From Longivirga aurantiaca (GTDB lineage: Bacteria > Actinomycetota > Actinomycetes > S36-B12 > CAIYMF01): 32,000 nucleotides of DNA. Position 1 is the first letter of the stretch; the number at the start of each line of letters is the position of its first letter. The DNA lies in NCBI RefSeq assembly GCF_042660085.1, contig NZ_JBHSTI010000002.1:540001-572000 (forward strand), written 5' to 3'. Both the position numbers and the translations under genes were made by a program. A model generated the notes under the pieces. The model saw only the letters and a program-made list of their open reading frames with translations, searched no databases and was not told where the DNA came from. Below, one piece after another: positions 1-11,344 of the stretch.

Positions 1-500
1 GGTCGAGCCTGTCCGACACCCCGGTCGCCATCGCAGTCACCGCCGTCGCCTTCGTGGTGCTGCGGCTCCTCACCGGGAGGTGGACCGCGTCCTGGATCGT
101 GCTGGCCGCGATCTTCGGCGAGCTGCTCTACTTCCTGGCCCTCACCTCGGGCGTGGGGCGTGAGCGGCCGGACGTGCTGCAGCTCGACGCCGCGCCCCCG
201 ACGTCGAGCTATCCGTCCGGTCACACCGGTGCCGCCGTCGCGCTCTACGTGTGCCTCGCGGTGATCGTGTGGCGGCACCTGTCGAACCGGATCGCAGCCG
301 TCCCGCTCGCGCTCCTGCTCTGCCTCGTCCCCGTGGCCGTGGGGCTGTCGCGCATGTACCGAGGCATGCACTTCGCGACCGACGTGCTGTTCGGCGCGCT
401 CGGCGGCCTGCTCTGGCTGCTCGTCGTGCTGGCCGTGCTGTGGCCGGGCCGCCGACCCTTGACCGACCGGGCCCCCGCCCAGGAAGAAGCCGCTCCGTGA
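1..500 (+). CDS. PAP2-family (phosphatidic acid phosphatase type 2) membrane phosphatase, 5' end outside window
   Basis: Translated motifs SYPSGHTGAAVA and SRMYRGMHFATDV match the PAP2 phosphatase signature; hydrophobic segments. The frame is open upstream of the ORF-track start at 54. Confidence 0.85.
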   Translation, partial: SSLSDTPVAIAVTAVAFVVLRLLTGRWTASWIVLAAIFGELLYFLALTSGVGRERPDVLQLDAAPPTSSYPSGHTGAAVALYVCLAVIVWRHLSNRIAAVPLALLLCLVPVAVGLSRMYRGMHFATDVLFGALGGLLWLLVVLAVLWPGRRPLTDRAPAQEEAAP

Positions 501-1390
501 GCACCGTGCCGCAGCGTCCCGCGATCGTGGTGAACCCCACCAAGGTCGACGACGGCAACGTCGAGGCCGTCGAGAAGGCCTTCGCCGACAACGGGCTCCC
601 CATGCCTCGCTGGTACGGGACCACCGAGGACGACCCGGGCGAGGGCCAGGCCCGCCAGGCCCTCGCCGACGGCGCCGACCTCGTGCTGGCGCAGGGCGGC
701 GACGGCACGGTGCGCGCGGTTGCCGCGGTACTGGCGGGTGGGGACGTCCCGCTGGGGCTGCTCCCGGCCGGCACCGGCAACCTGCTGGCGCGCAACCTGG
801 ACGTTCCGCGGTCGCTCGACGACGCCGTCGCGGTGGTGGCCGGAGCCGGTCGGCGCGCCGTGGACGTGCTCGAGCTCGACGGCGAGCCGTACGTCGTGAT
901 GGGCGGCAGCGGCTTCGACGCGCTGCTGTTCGAGCTCACCTCCGAGGACCTCAAGGCGCGGCTCGGGTGGGCGGCCTACCTGAGCGCGGGCATCCGTGCG
1001 GTGCGCGCCGCGAAGGCGTACGACGTCGAGATCGTGACCGACCGCGCCGCGATGACCGTGCCGGCCGTAGGCGTGGTGGTCGGCAACGTCGGCACGCTGA
1101 CCGCCGGGGTGCAGCTGCTGCCGGACGCCGAGGCCGATGACGCCCGCCTGCACATCGCCGTCCTCACGCCGCTCCGGCTCCGCAACTGGGCCGGGCTCGC
1201 CTGGAACCTCGTGCTGCGACGGACCCCCCGGCGCTTCCAGATGCGCACGCTGCGCGCGCGCGACGTGCGGATCCGCTGGCCCGAGGCCCTGCCGGCCGAG
1301 CTCGACGGCGACCTCGTGGACGGCCGGGCCGAGCTCCACGTCACCATCCGCCCCGGCGCTCTCACGGTCTGCGTGCCCGAACCCGGATGA
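497..1390 (+). CDS. Diacylglycerol kinase catalytic-domain (lipid kinase) protein
   Basis: Starts at GTG 497 (GTGA overlap with the preceding stop). Motifs PAIVVNPTK, LAQGGDGTVRAVAAVL and LPAGTGNLLARNL are typical of the DAGK catalytic domain. Confidence 0.88.
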   Translation: MSTVPQRPAIVVNPTKVDDGNVEAVEKAFADNGLPMPRWYGTTEDDPGEGQARQALADGADLVLAQGGDGTVRAVAAVLAGGDVPLGLLPAGTGNLLARNLDVPRSLDDAVAVVAGAGRRAVDVLELDGEPYVVMGGSGFDALLFELTSEDLKARLGWAAYLSAGIRAVRAAKAYDVEIVTDRAAMTVPAVGVVVGNVGTLTAGVQLLPDAEADDARLHIAVLTPLRLRNWAGLAWNLVLRRTPRRFQMRTLRARDVRIRWPEALPAELDGDLVDGRAELHVTIRPGALTVCVPEPG

Positions 1391-1421
1391 GCGTGGCGAG
1401 GGCCTGTGCCAGGGTGACGCC

Positions 1422-1883
1422 ATGGCCGACTGGCACCTCGCGCAGCTCAACGTCGCACGGCTCCGCGTCCCCCTCGACCACCCCGCGATGATCCCGTTCG
1501 TCACCAACCTGCTCGCGGTCAACGCCGAGGCCGATGCCGCACCCGGGTTCGTCTGGCGGCTCCAGGAGTCGGCGTCCGGCAACGCGACCGACCTGCGCCC
1601 CTGGGGCGACGACATGATCGTCAACATGAGCGTCTGGACCGATGTCGAGTCGCTGCGCCAGTACGTCTTCACGCCCGGGCACATCGAGATCATGCGGCAG
1701 CGCCGCGCCTTCTTCACCCCGATGGAGACGCCGTACTCCGTCCTCTGGTGGGTGCCGGCCGGGCACATCCCGACGCTCGACGAGGCCAGGGAGCGGCTCG
1801 ACCTGCTCACGGCCGAGGGCCCGTCGCCCCGAGCGTTCACCTTCACGTCCGAGCACCCGGCAGAGGCCGCCACCGACGCATGA
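1422..1883 (+). CDS. DUF3291 domain-containing protein
   Basis: MADWHLAQLNVARLRVPLDHPAMIPFV...NMSVWTDVESLRQYVF...RRAFFTPMETPYSVLWWVPAGHIPTLDEA resembles the DUF3291 family. Confidence 0.75.
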   Translation: MADWHLAQLNVARLRVPLDHPAMIPFVTNLLAVNAEADAAPGFVWRLQESASGNATDLRPWGDDMIVNMSVWTDVESLRQYVFTPGHIEIMRQRRAFFTPMETPYSVLWWVPAGHIPTLDEARERLDLLTAEGPSPRAFTFTSEHPAEAATDA

Positions 1884-1895
1884 CAGGATGCCGAC

Positions 1896-2753
1896 GTGAC
1901 GGCGACGATCCTCGACGGCAAGGCCACTGCGGCAGCGATCAAGTCCGAGCTGGCGGCCCGCGTGGCCCGGCTCGCGGAGGCGGGCGTCGTGCCGGGGCTC
2001 GGGACCGTGCTCGTGGGCGACGACCCGGGCAGCCACTCGTACGTCGCCGGCAAGCACCGCGACTGCGCCGAGGTGGGCATCACCTCGCACCGCGTCGATC
2101 TCCCGGCCGACGCCTCGCAGCAGCAGGTCGACGAGGCGATCCTCAGCCTCAACGAGGACCCGACGTGCACCGGCTACATCGTGCAGCTGCCGCTCCCGAA
2201 GGGTCTCGACGAGGCGCGTGCCCTCGAGCTGATCGACCCCGGCAAGGACGCCGACGGCCTGCACCCGACCAACCTCGGTCGGCTCGTGCTCAACATCCCG
2301 GCGCCGCTGCCGTGCACCCCGCGCGGGATCGTCGAGCTCCTGCGCCGGTACGACGTGCCGATCAACGGCGCCGAGGTCGCGGTCGTCGGCCGTGGCGTCA
2401 CCGTCGGGCGCCCGCTCGGCCTGCTGCTCACGCGCAAGAGCGAGAACGCCACCGTGACCCTGTGCCACACCGGCACCCGTGATATCGCGGCGCACACCCG
2501 AGGCGCCGACATCGTCGTGGCCGCTGCCGGCGTCGCCCACCTCATCACCGCCGAGATGGTGAAGCCGGGGGCCGCCGTCCTCGACGTTGGCATCACGCGG
2601 ACCGACTCCGGCCTCGTCGGCGACGTCCACCCCGACGTCCGCGAGGTCGCCGGCTTCGTGGCCCCGATGCCCGGCGGCGTCGGGCCGATGACCCGGGCGA
2701 TGCTCATCCTCAACGTCGTCGAGGCCGCCGAGCGCCAGGCCGGGCTCGCCTGA
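1896..2753 (+). CDS. folD: Bifunctional methylenetetrahydrofolate dehydrogenase / methenyltetrahydrofolate cyclohydrolase
   Basis: Start GTG 1896. Motifs [67 protein letters not shown] and [14 protein letters not shown] are FolD signatures. Confidence 0.96.
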   Translation: MTATILDGKATAAAIKSELAARVARLAEAGVVPGLGTVLVGDDPGSHSYVAGKHRDCAEVGITSHRVDLPADASQQQVDEAILSLNEDPTCTGYIVQLPLPKGLDEARALELIDPGKDADGLHPTNLGRLVLNIPAPLPCTPRGIVELLRRYDVPINGAEVAVVGRGVTVGRPLGLLLTRKSENATVTLCHTGTRDIAAHTRGADIVVAAAGVAHLITAEMVKPGAAVLDVGITRTDSGLVGDVHPDVREVAGFVAPMPGGVGPMTRAMLILNVVEAAERQAGLA

Positions 2754-2754
2754 C

Positions 2755-4180
<1,426 letters not shown>

Positions 4181-4215
4181 CCCGCTCGACAGACATCCAG
4201 AAGCAGGAGAACCCC

Positions 4216-5430
4216 GTGGCGAAGATCAAGGTCGTCAACCCGGTCGTCGAGCTCGACGGCGACGAGATGACGCGGATCATCTGGCAGTTCATCAAGGACA
4301 AGCTGATCCTCCCGTACCTCGACGTCGACCTGAAGTACTACGACCTGTCGATCGAGAACCGGGACGCGACCGACGACCAGGTCACGATCGACTCGGCCAA
4401 CGCCATCAAGCAGTACGGCGTCGGCGTGAAGTGCGCCACGATCACGCCCGACGAGGCGCGCGTCGAGGAGTTCGGCCTCAAGAAGATGTGGAAGTCGCCC
4501 AACGGCACGATCCGCAACATCCTCGGCGGCGTCATCTTCCGCGAGCCGATCGTCATCTCGAACATCCCGCGCCTCGTGCCCGGCTGGACCAAGCCGATCA
4601 TCATCGGCCGCCACGCCTACGGCGACCAGTACCGAGCCACCGACTTCGTCGTGCCCGGCAAGGGCAAGCTCTCGGTGAAGTTCGTGCCGGAGGACGGCAG
4701 CGAGCCGATCGAGATCGACGTCTTCGACTACCCGGGCGGCGGCGTGTCGATGACGATGTACAACCTCGACGACTCGATCCGCGACTTCGCCCGCGCCTCG
4801 ATGCGCTACGGCCTCGATCGCGGCCTGCCGGTCTACCTCTCGACCAAGAACACGATCCTCAAGGCGTACGACGGCCGGTTCAAGGACCTGTTCGCCGAGG
4901 TCTTCGAGACCGAGTTCAAGGACGAGTTCGCCGCCGCCGGCATCACCTACGAGCACCGCCTGATCGACGACATGGTCGCAGCGGCGATGAAGTGGGAGGG
5001 CGGCTACGTCTGGGCGTGCAAGAACTACGACGGCGACGTCCAGAGCGACACCGTCGCGCAGGGCTTCGGCTCCCTCGGCCTCATGACCTCGGTGCTCATG
5101 ACGCCGGACGGCAAGACGGTCGAGGCCGAGGCGGCGCACGGCACGGTGACCCGTCACTACCGCCAGCACCAGCAGGGCAAGCCCACCTCGACGAACCCGA
5201 TCGCCTCGATCTTCGCCTGGACCCAGGGCCTCGCCTACCGCGGCAAGATGGACGGCACGCCCGAGGTCACGGCCTTCGCCGAGACCCTCGAGCGCGTCTG
5301 CATCGAGACGGTCGAGGAGGGCAAGATGACCAAGGACCTCGCCCTGCTCATCGCCTCCGACGCGCCGTACCTCACCACCGAGGAGTTCCTCGACGCGATC
5401 GACGCCAACCTCCAGAAGGCCATGGCCTGA
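4216..5430 (+). CDS. icd: NADP-dependent isocitrate dehydrogenase (eukaryote-like homodimeric type)
   Basis: GTG 4216. [58 protein letters not shown] and [31 protein letters not shown]. Confidence 0.96.
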   Translation: MAKIKVVNPVVELDGDEMTRIIWQFIKDKLILPYLDVDLKYYDLSIENRDATDDQVTIDSANAIKQYGVGVKCATITPDEARVEEFGLKKMWKSPNGTIRNILGGVIFREPIVISNIPRLVPGWTKPIIIGRHAYGDQYRATDFVVPGKGKLSVKFVPEDGSEPIEIDVFDYPGGGVSMTMYNLDDSIRDFARASMRYGLDRGLPVYLSTKNTILKAYDGRFKDLFAEVFETEFKDEFAAAGITYEHRLIDDMVAAAMKWEGGYVWACKNYDGDVQSDTVAQGFGSLGLMTSVLMTPDGKTVEAEAAHGTVTRHYRQHQQGKPTSTNPIASIFAWTQGLAYRGKMDGTPEVTAFAETLERVCIETVEEGKMTKDLALLIASDAPYLTTEEFLDAIDANLQKAMA

Positions 5431-5448
5431 CGCACCCCGCACCACCGA

Positions 5449-5484
5449 CCAAGGCCCCCTTCATCGCGATGAAGGGGGCCTTGG
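5449..5484 (+). terminator. Terminator-like perfect inverted repeat after icd
   Basis: CCAAGGCCCCCTTCATCG/CGATGAAGGGGGCCTTGG, a 36-nt perfect palindrome, followed by a short T-containing tail (TTGGTTG). Confidence 0.75.
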
Positions 5485-5577
5485 TTGCTGCGAGCGCGAC
5501 AATCCCGGCCTTCACGGGCACCGCAGCACCGCCCTGTCGTCCGGCATCGTGACCGGGCTCGGTGCGAGGATCGGGGC

Positions 5578-6066
5578 GTGAGCACGCACCTCGAGCGGCT
5601 GCACGTGCAGGTGGCGCGGCGGATGGACGCGCCCGCCCTGGCGGCGCTCAACCAGGCCGTGCAGCAGATGCACCACGACTGGTCGGCGTCCGAGTACCTC
5701 GTGCCCGATCCGCGCGCGGCCGAGGAGTTCTTCCTGCACAAGGTCGGCGACCCGTCGGCGCTCGTGCTGGTCGCCGAGCGAGGCGGCCATCCGGTCGGCT
5801 TCCTCTACGCGCAGGAGATGCATCGCCCGGCCAACCCGTTCACCGCCGAGATGACCGTGCTGTACGTCGAGCAGGTGGCCGTCCTGCCCGAACGCCGGCG
5901 CAGCGGCGTCGGCCGAGCCCTGTTCCACGCGGCGGAGGCCGCAGCGGCCAAGCGGGGGCTCGACGGCGTACGGCTCGAGACGTCGGCGCAGAACTCCGCG
6001 GCGCAGAAGTTCTTCGAGCGGCTCGGGTACGACGCCTACTCGGTACGGATGAAGAAGGACCTGTAG
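5578..6066 (+). CDS. GNAT-family N-acetyltransferase
   Basis: EVAVLPERRRSGVGRALFHAAEAAAAKRGLDGVRLETSAQNSAAQKFFERLGYDAYSVRMKKDL carries the GNAT acetyl-CoA binding signature. Confidence 0.88.
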   Translation: MSTHLERLHVQVARRMDAPALAALNQAVQQMHHDWSASEYLVPDPRAAEEFFLHKVGDPSALVLVAERGGHPVGFLYAQEMHRPANPFTAEMTVLYVEQVAVLPERRRSGVGRALFHAAEAAAAKRGLDGVRLETSAQNSAAQKFFERLGYDAYSVRMKKDL

Positions 6067-6077
6067 AGGAGCGCGTG

Positions 6078-7442
6078 ATGCGCGTCTTCCCGCCGCTGCC
6101 ACCCGTGCCGCCGGCCCCCGACCCCGGCACGCGCGACCTCGCGCTGGACGTCGTGCGCGCGTGGTCGCTGCTCGTCGTCGTCCTCGGCCACTTCCTCATG
6201 CTCATCCTGCTCTGGGACGACGACGGCGTGCCGGCCTCGGCGAACACGCTCACCTCGGGGGCGCCCTGGCCGTACGTGACCTGGCTGCTGCAGGTCATGC
6301 CGCTGTTCTTCATCGCCGGTGGCGCGGTGAACCAGCGGAGCTTCGAACGGTTCGCCGGCAGCTACAACCAGTGGCTGTGGAACCGCACACGACGGCTGAT
6401 GCGCCCGACCGTGGTCTTCCTGCTCGCGCTCGCGGTGATCTTCACCGTCGTCACGCTGCTCGTCCGCCGCGAGGTGACCGACCCGCTCCTGCAGGGCGTC
6501 ACCGGTCCGCTGTGGTTCCTCGCGCTCTACATCCCCGTCACAGCGCTCACGCCGGTCACCAGCCGATGGTGGGCACGGTCCGGGCCGTGGTCGGTCGGGG
6601 TGCTGCTCGTCGGCGTCGCCGCCGTCGACTACGTGCGGCTGTCGCACGTGGAGACCTGGGGGGCGCTCAACATGCTGCTCGCCTGGGTGCTCGTGCACCA
6701 GCTCGGCTACTGGTACCGCGCGGGCGTCTCGCGGCGGATGGCGACGGCCCTGCTGCTCGGGGGGCTCGCGGTCAACGTGTGGCTGTCGCAGGTGCTCGGC
6801 TGGTACCCGACGTCGCTCGTCGGCATCCCCACGGAGAAGTTCTCCAACATGGCGCCGCCCACGATCGTGCTCGTCATGCACTCGTTCGTGCTCTTCGGCG
6901 GCTTCGTGCTGCTCGCTCCCTGGCTGCGCGTGCGGTTCGCCACGCCGCGCGCCTTCGCCGCCACCACCCGCGCCGCACTGTTCGCGATGACGATCTACCT
7001 GTGGCACATGCTCGTCCTCGTCGGATGGCTCTCGCTGCTGCACGCGCTCGACCTCGACCTCCCCGTGCGCGTGGAGGGCGGCAACATCGTGCCGGAGGGC
7101 CTCAACTACTGGGGCTGGCTCGTCCCCTCGACGATCGGCTTCGCGCTCGTGCTGTACGCCGTGGTGCGCTGGCTGTGGCCGGTCGAGTTCCTGCGGCTGC
7201 CGTGGTTCGACGGTGCCACCGGCCGCCCGAGCGACTCCGCGTGGCGGGCCGGGATCGGAGCGACGCTCGTCGGCGCCGGCCTGCTCGCCGTGGCAGGCGC
7301 AGGGTTCTCGGGCTTCCCGGTGGCGGTGCACACGGCGTACGGGATCCCGGTCTCGTCGGCGGGTGCGATGGTCGCCATCGGCGTCGGCCTCGCACTGCTG
7401 CGTCAGCCCGCGCCCGCCCGTGCCGAGGTCGGTGCCGGCTGA
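6078..7442 (+). CDS. Acyltransferase-3 family multi-pass membrane protein
   Basis: RDLALDVVRAWSLLVVVLGHF...MPLFFIAGGAVNQRSFERF...WFLALYIPVTALTP, with many TM segments; GTG 6075 is an alternative start. Confidence 0.8.
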   Translation: MRVFPPLPPVPPAPDPGTRDLALDVVRAWSLLVVVLGHFLMLILLWDDDGVPASANTLTSGAPWPYVTWLLQVMPLFFIAGGAVNQRSFERFAGSYNQWLWNRTRRLMRPTVVFLLALAVIFTVVTLLVRREVTDPLLQGVTGPLWFLALYIPVTALTPVTSRWWARSGPWSVGVLLVGVAAVDYVRLSHVETWGALNMLLAWVLVHQLGYWYRAGVSRRMATALLLGGLAVNVWLSQVLGWYPTSLVGIPTEKFSNMAPPTIVLVMHSFVLFGGFVLLAPWLRVRFATPRAFAATTRAALFAMTIYLWHMLVLVGWLSLLHALDLDLPVRVEGGNIVPEGLNYWGWLVPSTIGFALVLYAVVRWLWPVEFLRLPWFDGATGRPSDSAWRAGIGATLVGAGLLAVAGAGFSGFPVAVHTAYGIPVSSAGAMVAIGVGLALLRQPAPARAEVGAG

Positions 7443-8273
7443 TTGGATGACGACGTGCTCACCGTCGTCACCGCCAACGTCAACGGCGTCCGCGCCGCCG
7501 CCCGTCGCGGTGGGCTCGAGTGGCTCGCGGCGGCCAACGCCGACGTGCTCTGCCTGCAGGAGGTGCGGGCCTCGGACGACCAGCTCGCCGAGGTGCTCGC
7601 CGAGGCCGGGCTCGGCCACCTGCACGTGGCGCACACCGAGGCCGAGGCCAAGGGCCGTGCTGGGGTCGCCGTGCTGACCACCGCCCCGCAGCGGAAGGTG
7701 CGCGTCGGCGTCGGGCCCGACGAGTTCGCCGGCTCGGGCCGGTACGTCGAGGTCGAGATCGACACCGCCGTCGGCAGGGTCGTGGTCGCGAGCGTCTACG
7801 TCCACACCGGCGAGGCCACCGACGAGGCCCGGCAGTCGGAGAAGTACCGCTTCCTCGACGCCGTCGAGACCCGCATGCTCGAGCTCGGCAAGGCTGCGGC
7901 GCGCAAGACCGGCGCCCAGGCGATCCTCTGCGGCGACCTCAACGTCGCCCACTCCGAGATGGACATCAAGAACTGGAAGGGCAACCGCGGCAAGGCCGGC
8001 TTCCTCGAGGACGAGCGCGCCTACCTCACCCGCTGGTTCGCCGAGCACGGCTGGACCGACCTCGGCCGCACCCTCGGCGGCGACGGCCCCGGCCCGTACA
8101 CCTGGTGGTCGTGGCGCGGCCGTGGGTTCGACACCGACGGCGGCTGGCGGATCGACTACGCGCTCGCCACACCGGGCCTCGCAGCGCGGGCCGTGAAGGC
8201 CGAGGTCGGCAAGGCCCCGTCGTACGCCGAGCGCTGGAGCGACCACGCGCCGCTGACGGTCACCTTCGCCTGA
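7443..8273 (+). CDS. Exodeoxyribonuclease III / AP endonuclease family (ExoIII-like)
   Basis: VTANVNGVRAAARRGGLEWLAAANADVLCLQEVRA, ILCGDLNVAHSEMDIKNWKGNRGKAGFLEDERAYLTRWF and RIDYALATPGL...PSYAERWSDHAPLTVTF. Apparent TTG start directly abutting the previous stop. Confidence 0.9.
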   Translation: MDDDVLTVVTANVNGVRAAARRGGLEWLAAANADVLCLQEVRASDDQLAEVLAEAGLGHLHVAHTEAEAKGRAGVAVLTTAPQRKVRVGVGPDEFAGSGRYVEVEIDTAVGRVVVASVYVHTGEATDEARQSEKYRFLDAVETRMLELGKAAARKTGAQAILCGDLNVAHSEMDIKNWKGNRGKAGFLEDERAYLTRWFAEHGWTDLGRTLGGDGPGPYTWWSWRGRGFDTDGGWRIDYALATPGLAARAVKAEVGKAPSYAERWSDHAPLTVTFA

Positions 8274-8378
8274 TCCGTGCAGGATCGCTCGGCACGCTGG
8301 GTGACGGCGTCCACCGGTCGGAGCACTGGTAAGGCCCGCCTGTGTCGCTCTCCGGCACCCTCATGGCACGCTGACCTC

Positions 8379-9251
8379 GTGACCAGTACGAAGTCCTGGG
8401 TCGGGGGGTTCCGAGCCAACCTCGAGCGCGACGCCGCCGACGAGGGCGTGCCCGCGCGGGCCGCCTGGTGGGGTTTCTGGGCGCCGTTCGTCGGCCTCGT
8501 CGTGTTCGCGATCCTCTACGTCGTCGTCCGCGACGCCTACTACTGGCTGCTGCGCGAGGACCGCGCCATCGAGTGGTTGCAGTTCTTCCTGCTCGTCTTC
8601 ACCGCGGTCGTGTCGATCCTCGGTTCGGTCGCGGCGTTCCGGCGCGGGCACCGGCTCGCCGGCTCCTTCCTCCTCGTGGTGGCCCTCGGCACGCTGTTCC
8701 TCGCCGCCGAGGAGATCTCGTGGGGCCAGCGCGTCCTCGGCTTCGCCGGCGGGGCCGCGGGCAACCGCCAGGGCGAGATCAACATCCACAACCTCGACGA
8801 CGTCGACGGCATCCCCGTCGAGCGGTTGTTCCGCATCGCGCAGGCGGCGATCGGCTTCATCGGCCTGGTGCTGCCCTTCCTCGTGCGCTGGAACCCTGCG
8901 CGGCTGCGGGCAGCCGGCTGGCGCGTCGTCACCCCGCCGATCTTCCTGGCCACGAGCTTCCTCGTGATCCTCGGCTTCCGCACCCAGCGTCTGCTGTTCA
9001 CGGCCGACATCTCCGCCTTCATCGTGATCCAGGAGTGGGCCGAGGTGTGCCTCTACGGCGCGCTCGCCACGTGGGTCACGCTGACCTGGCTGGAGGAGAG
9101 CGGCGGACGCCAGCGGACGGCCGACGGGTTCACGTCGCTGCGCGGCGGCGCCGGACGCACGGCCGTCGTGGTCGCCGCCGCCGTCGCGGTCCTCACAGCG
9201 GTGTGCATCGTCCTGACCATGGCGTCGGGCATCGACCCCGGCAACGTCTGA
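8379..9251 (+). CDS. Uncharacterised multi-pass membrane protein with AAEEISWGQRVLGF...GEINIHNL motif
   Basis: Long hydrophobic segments, good codon-position GC pattern, GTG 8379; no functional family recognised. Confidence 0.75.
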   Translation: MTSTKSWVGGFRANLERDAADEGVPARAAWWGFWAPFVGLVVFAILYVVVRDAYYWLLREDRAIEWLQFFLLVFTAVVSILGSVAAFRRGHRLAGSFLLVVALGTLFLAAEEISWGQRVLGFAGGAAGNRQGEINIHNLDDVDGIPVERLFRIAQAAIGFIGLVLPFLVRWNPARLRAAGWRVVTPPIFLATSFLVILGFRTQRLLFTADISAFIVIQEWAEVCLYGALATWVTLTWLEESGGRQRTADGFTSLRGGAGRTAVVVAAAVAVLTAVCIVLTMASGIDPGNV

Positions 9252-9275
9252 CCCTGGTCCGGCTCGACCGGTTTC

Positions 9276-9312
9276 GGAGGCCGGGCTCCCTAGGAGGCCG
9301 AGGCTCCCTAGG
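9276..9312. repeat. Short imperfect tandem repeat GGAGGCCGGGCTCCCTA / GGAGGCCGAGGCTCCCTA
   Basis: Two copies of about 17-18 nt, read directly in the gap between the membrane protein and the alkyl sulfatase. Confidence 0.7.
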
Positions 9313-9355
9313 CTGCCCCTGCGCGCGTGGGCGCGCCCGACCGGAGGTTCGAGTC

Positions 9356-11344
9356 ATGGCTGAGCACTTCCACCCGCTGGGCAAGGCGGCGTCGTCGACC
9401 ACCGCCGCCGCGGCCGCCGCAGTGCGCTCGTCGCTCCCCTTCGAGGACACCCGTGACTTCGAGGAGTCGAGCCACGGGTTCCTGGCGGCTCCGACGTACC
9501 GGCAGATCCTGGCCGACGACGGGCGGGTCATCTGGGACATGGGTGCCTACGACTGGCTGCTCGAGGGCCAGGACTTCGACTCGATCCATCCGTCGCTGCA
9601 GCGGCAGGCCGTGCTCAACATGGGCTACGGCCTGTACGAGGTCGTGCCCGGCCGCATCTACCAGGTGCGCGGCTTCGACCTCGCCAACGTCAGCTTCATC
9701 CGGTCCGACACCGGGTGGATCGTCATCGACCCGCTCACAGCCAAGGAGACCGCGGCCGCCGCGCTCGCGCTGGTCAACGAGACGCTGGGCGAGCGACCGG
9801 TCGTCGCGGTCATCTACTCGCACTCGCACGGCGACCACTTCGGCGGCGTGCACGGGGTTGTCGACGTCGCCGACGTCGAGAGCGGCAAGGTGCCGGTCAT
9901 CGCACCCGTCGGCTTCCTCGAGCATGCCGTGGCGGAGAACGTGTTCGCCGGCAACGCCATGAACCGCAGGCTCTTCTACCAGTACGGCATCCTGCTGCCG
10001 CAGAGCCCGTTCGGCCACGTCGACCAGGCGATCGGCAAGAACATCGCCCGCGGCACCTCGGGGCTCATCGCACCGACGATCTCGATCGTCGAGGACGTCG
10101 AGGAGCTCACGGTCGACGGCGTCCGCATGGTGTTCCAGAACACGCCCGGCACCGAGGCCCCGGCCGAGATGAATACCTGGTTCCCGGACCTCAAGACGTT
10201 CTGGGCCGCGGAGAACATCACCGGCACGATCCACAACATCTACACGCTGCGTGGCGCCCTCGTCCGTGACGCCCTCGAGTGGTCGAGGCAGATCAACAAG
10301 GCCCTCTACCTCTTCGGCCGCGAGGCCGAGGTCATGTTCGCCTCGCACTCGTGGCCGCGCTGGGGCAACGAGCGCATCCAGGAGGTCATGCGGGCGCAGC
10401 GCGACACCTACGCGCACCTCAACAACGGCGTGCTGCACCTCGCCAACCAGGGCGTCACGATCAACGAGGTGCACAACGTGTACCGCGTCCCCGAGAGTCT
10501 CGAGCAGCAGTGGGCCGCGCGCAGCTACCACGGGTCGGTGGCCCACAACGCCCGTGCCGTGGTCAACCGATACCTCGGATACTGGGACGGCAACCCGACC
10601 ACCCTCATCCCGTTGTCGCCCAAGGACTCTGCGCCGATCTACGTCGAGATGATGGGCGGGGCCGCGCCGATCCTCGCGAAGGGTCGCGAGCTCGTCGACG
10701 CCGGCCACTACCTGCTCGCCACGGAGATCCTCGACAAGCTGGTCTTCGCCGAGCCCGGCAACGCCGAAGCGCGCAACCTGCTCGCCGAGGCGTTCGAGCA
10801 GATCGGCTACCAGCAGGAGAGCCCCAGCGTCCGCAACAGCTTCCTCGCCGCCGCTCTCGAGCTGCGGTCCGGGATCCCGCAGGGCGTCGCACCCAACTCG
10901 TCCGGCCCCGACCTCATCCGAGCGCTGAGCACCGGCCAGTTCCTCGACTTCCTCGGTATCCGCCTCGACCCGGTGAAGGCCCAGGGTGCGGCGTTCGTCG
11001 TCAACCTCGTCACGCCGGACAACGGCGAGAAGTTCGTCGTCGAGCTCAGCAACGGCACGCTCACGAGCCTCGAGGGGTTCACGAGCGACAACGCCGACCT
11101 CACGATCACGCTGAACCGCACCGACATCGAGGACGCGATGATCGGTACCCGTCCCCTGCAGCAGCAGGTGGCCGATGGCACGGCCCAGCTCGAGGGCGAC
11201 GCGTCGGTGCTCATCCAGCTCGCGCAGATGCTCGTGACCTTCCAGCTCGGGTTCGAGATCCTGCCGGGCACCGGCGGCATCCCCGCCCCGACCGCCGACG
11301 ACCCCTTCGCCCAGCCCGCGTTCGGCGACAGCACCGGAGGCTGA
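9356..11344 (+). CDS. SdsA1-like alkyl/aryl-sulfatase (metallo-beta-lactamase fold, C-terminal SCP2-like domain)
   Basis: VVAVIYSHSHGDHFGGVHG zinc motif, AAENITGTIHNIYTLRGALVRD, MFASHSWPRWGNERI and a C-terminal NGTL...DADLTITLNR region. Confidence 0.9.
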   Translation: MAEHFHPLGKAASSTTAAAAAAVRSSLPFEDTRDFEESSHGFLAAPTYRQILADDGRVIWDMGAYDWLLEGQDFDSIHPSLQRQAVLNMGYGLYEVVPGRIYQVRGFDLANVSFIRSDTGWIVIDPLTAKETAAAALALVNETLGERPVVAVIYSHSHGDHFGGVHGVVDVADVESGKVPVIAPVGFLEHAVAENVFAGNAMNRRLFYQYGILLPQSPFGHVDQAIGKNIARGTSGLIAPTISIVEDVEELTVDGVRMVFQNTPGTEAPAEMNTWFPDLKTFWAAENITGTIHNIYTLRGALVRDALEWSRQINKALYLFGREAEVMFASHSWPRWGNERIQEVMRAQRDTYAHLNNGVLHLANQGVTINEVHNVYRVPESLEQQWAARSYHGSVAHNARAVVNRYLGYWDGNPTTLIPLSPKDSAPIYVEMMGGAAPILAKGRELVDAGHYLLATEILDKLVFAEPGNAEARNLLAEAFEQIGYQQESPSVRNSFLAAALELRSGIPQGVAPNSSGPDLIRALSTGQFLDFLGIRLDPVKAQGAAFVVNLVTPDNGEKFVVELSNGTLTSLEGFTSDNADLTITLNRTDIEDAMIGTRPLQQQVADGTAQLEGDASVLIQLAQMLVTFQLGFEILPGTGGIPAPTADDPFAQPAFGDSTGG

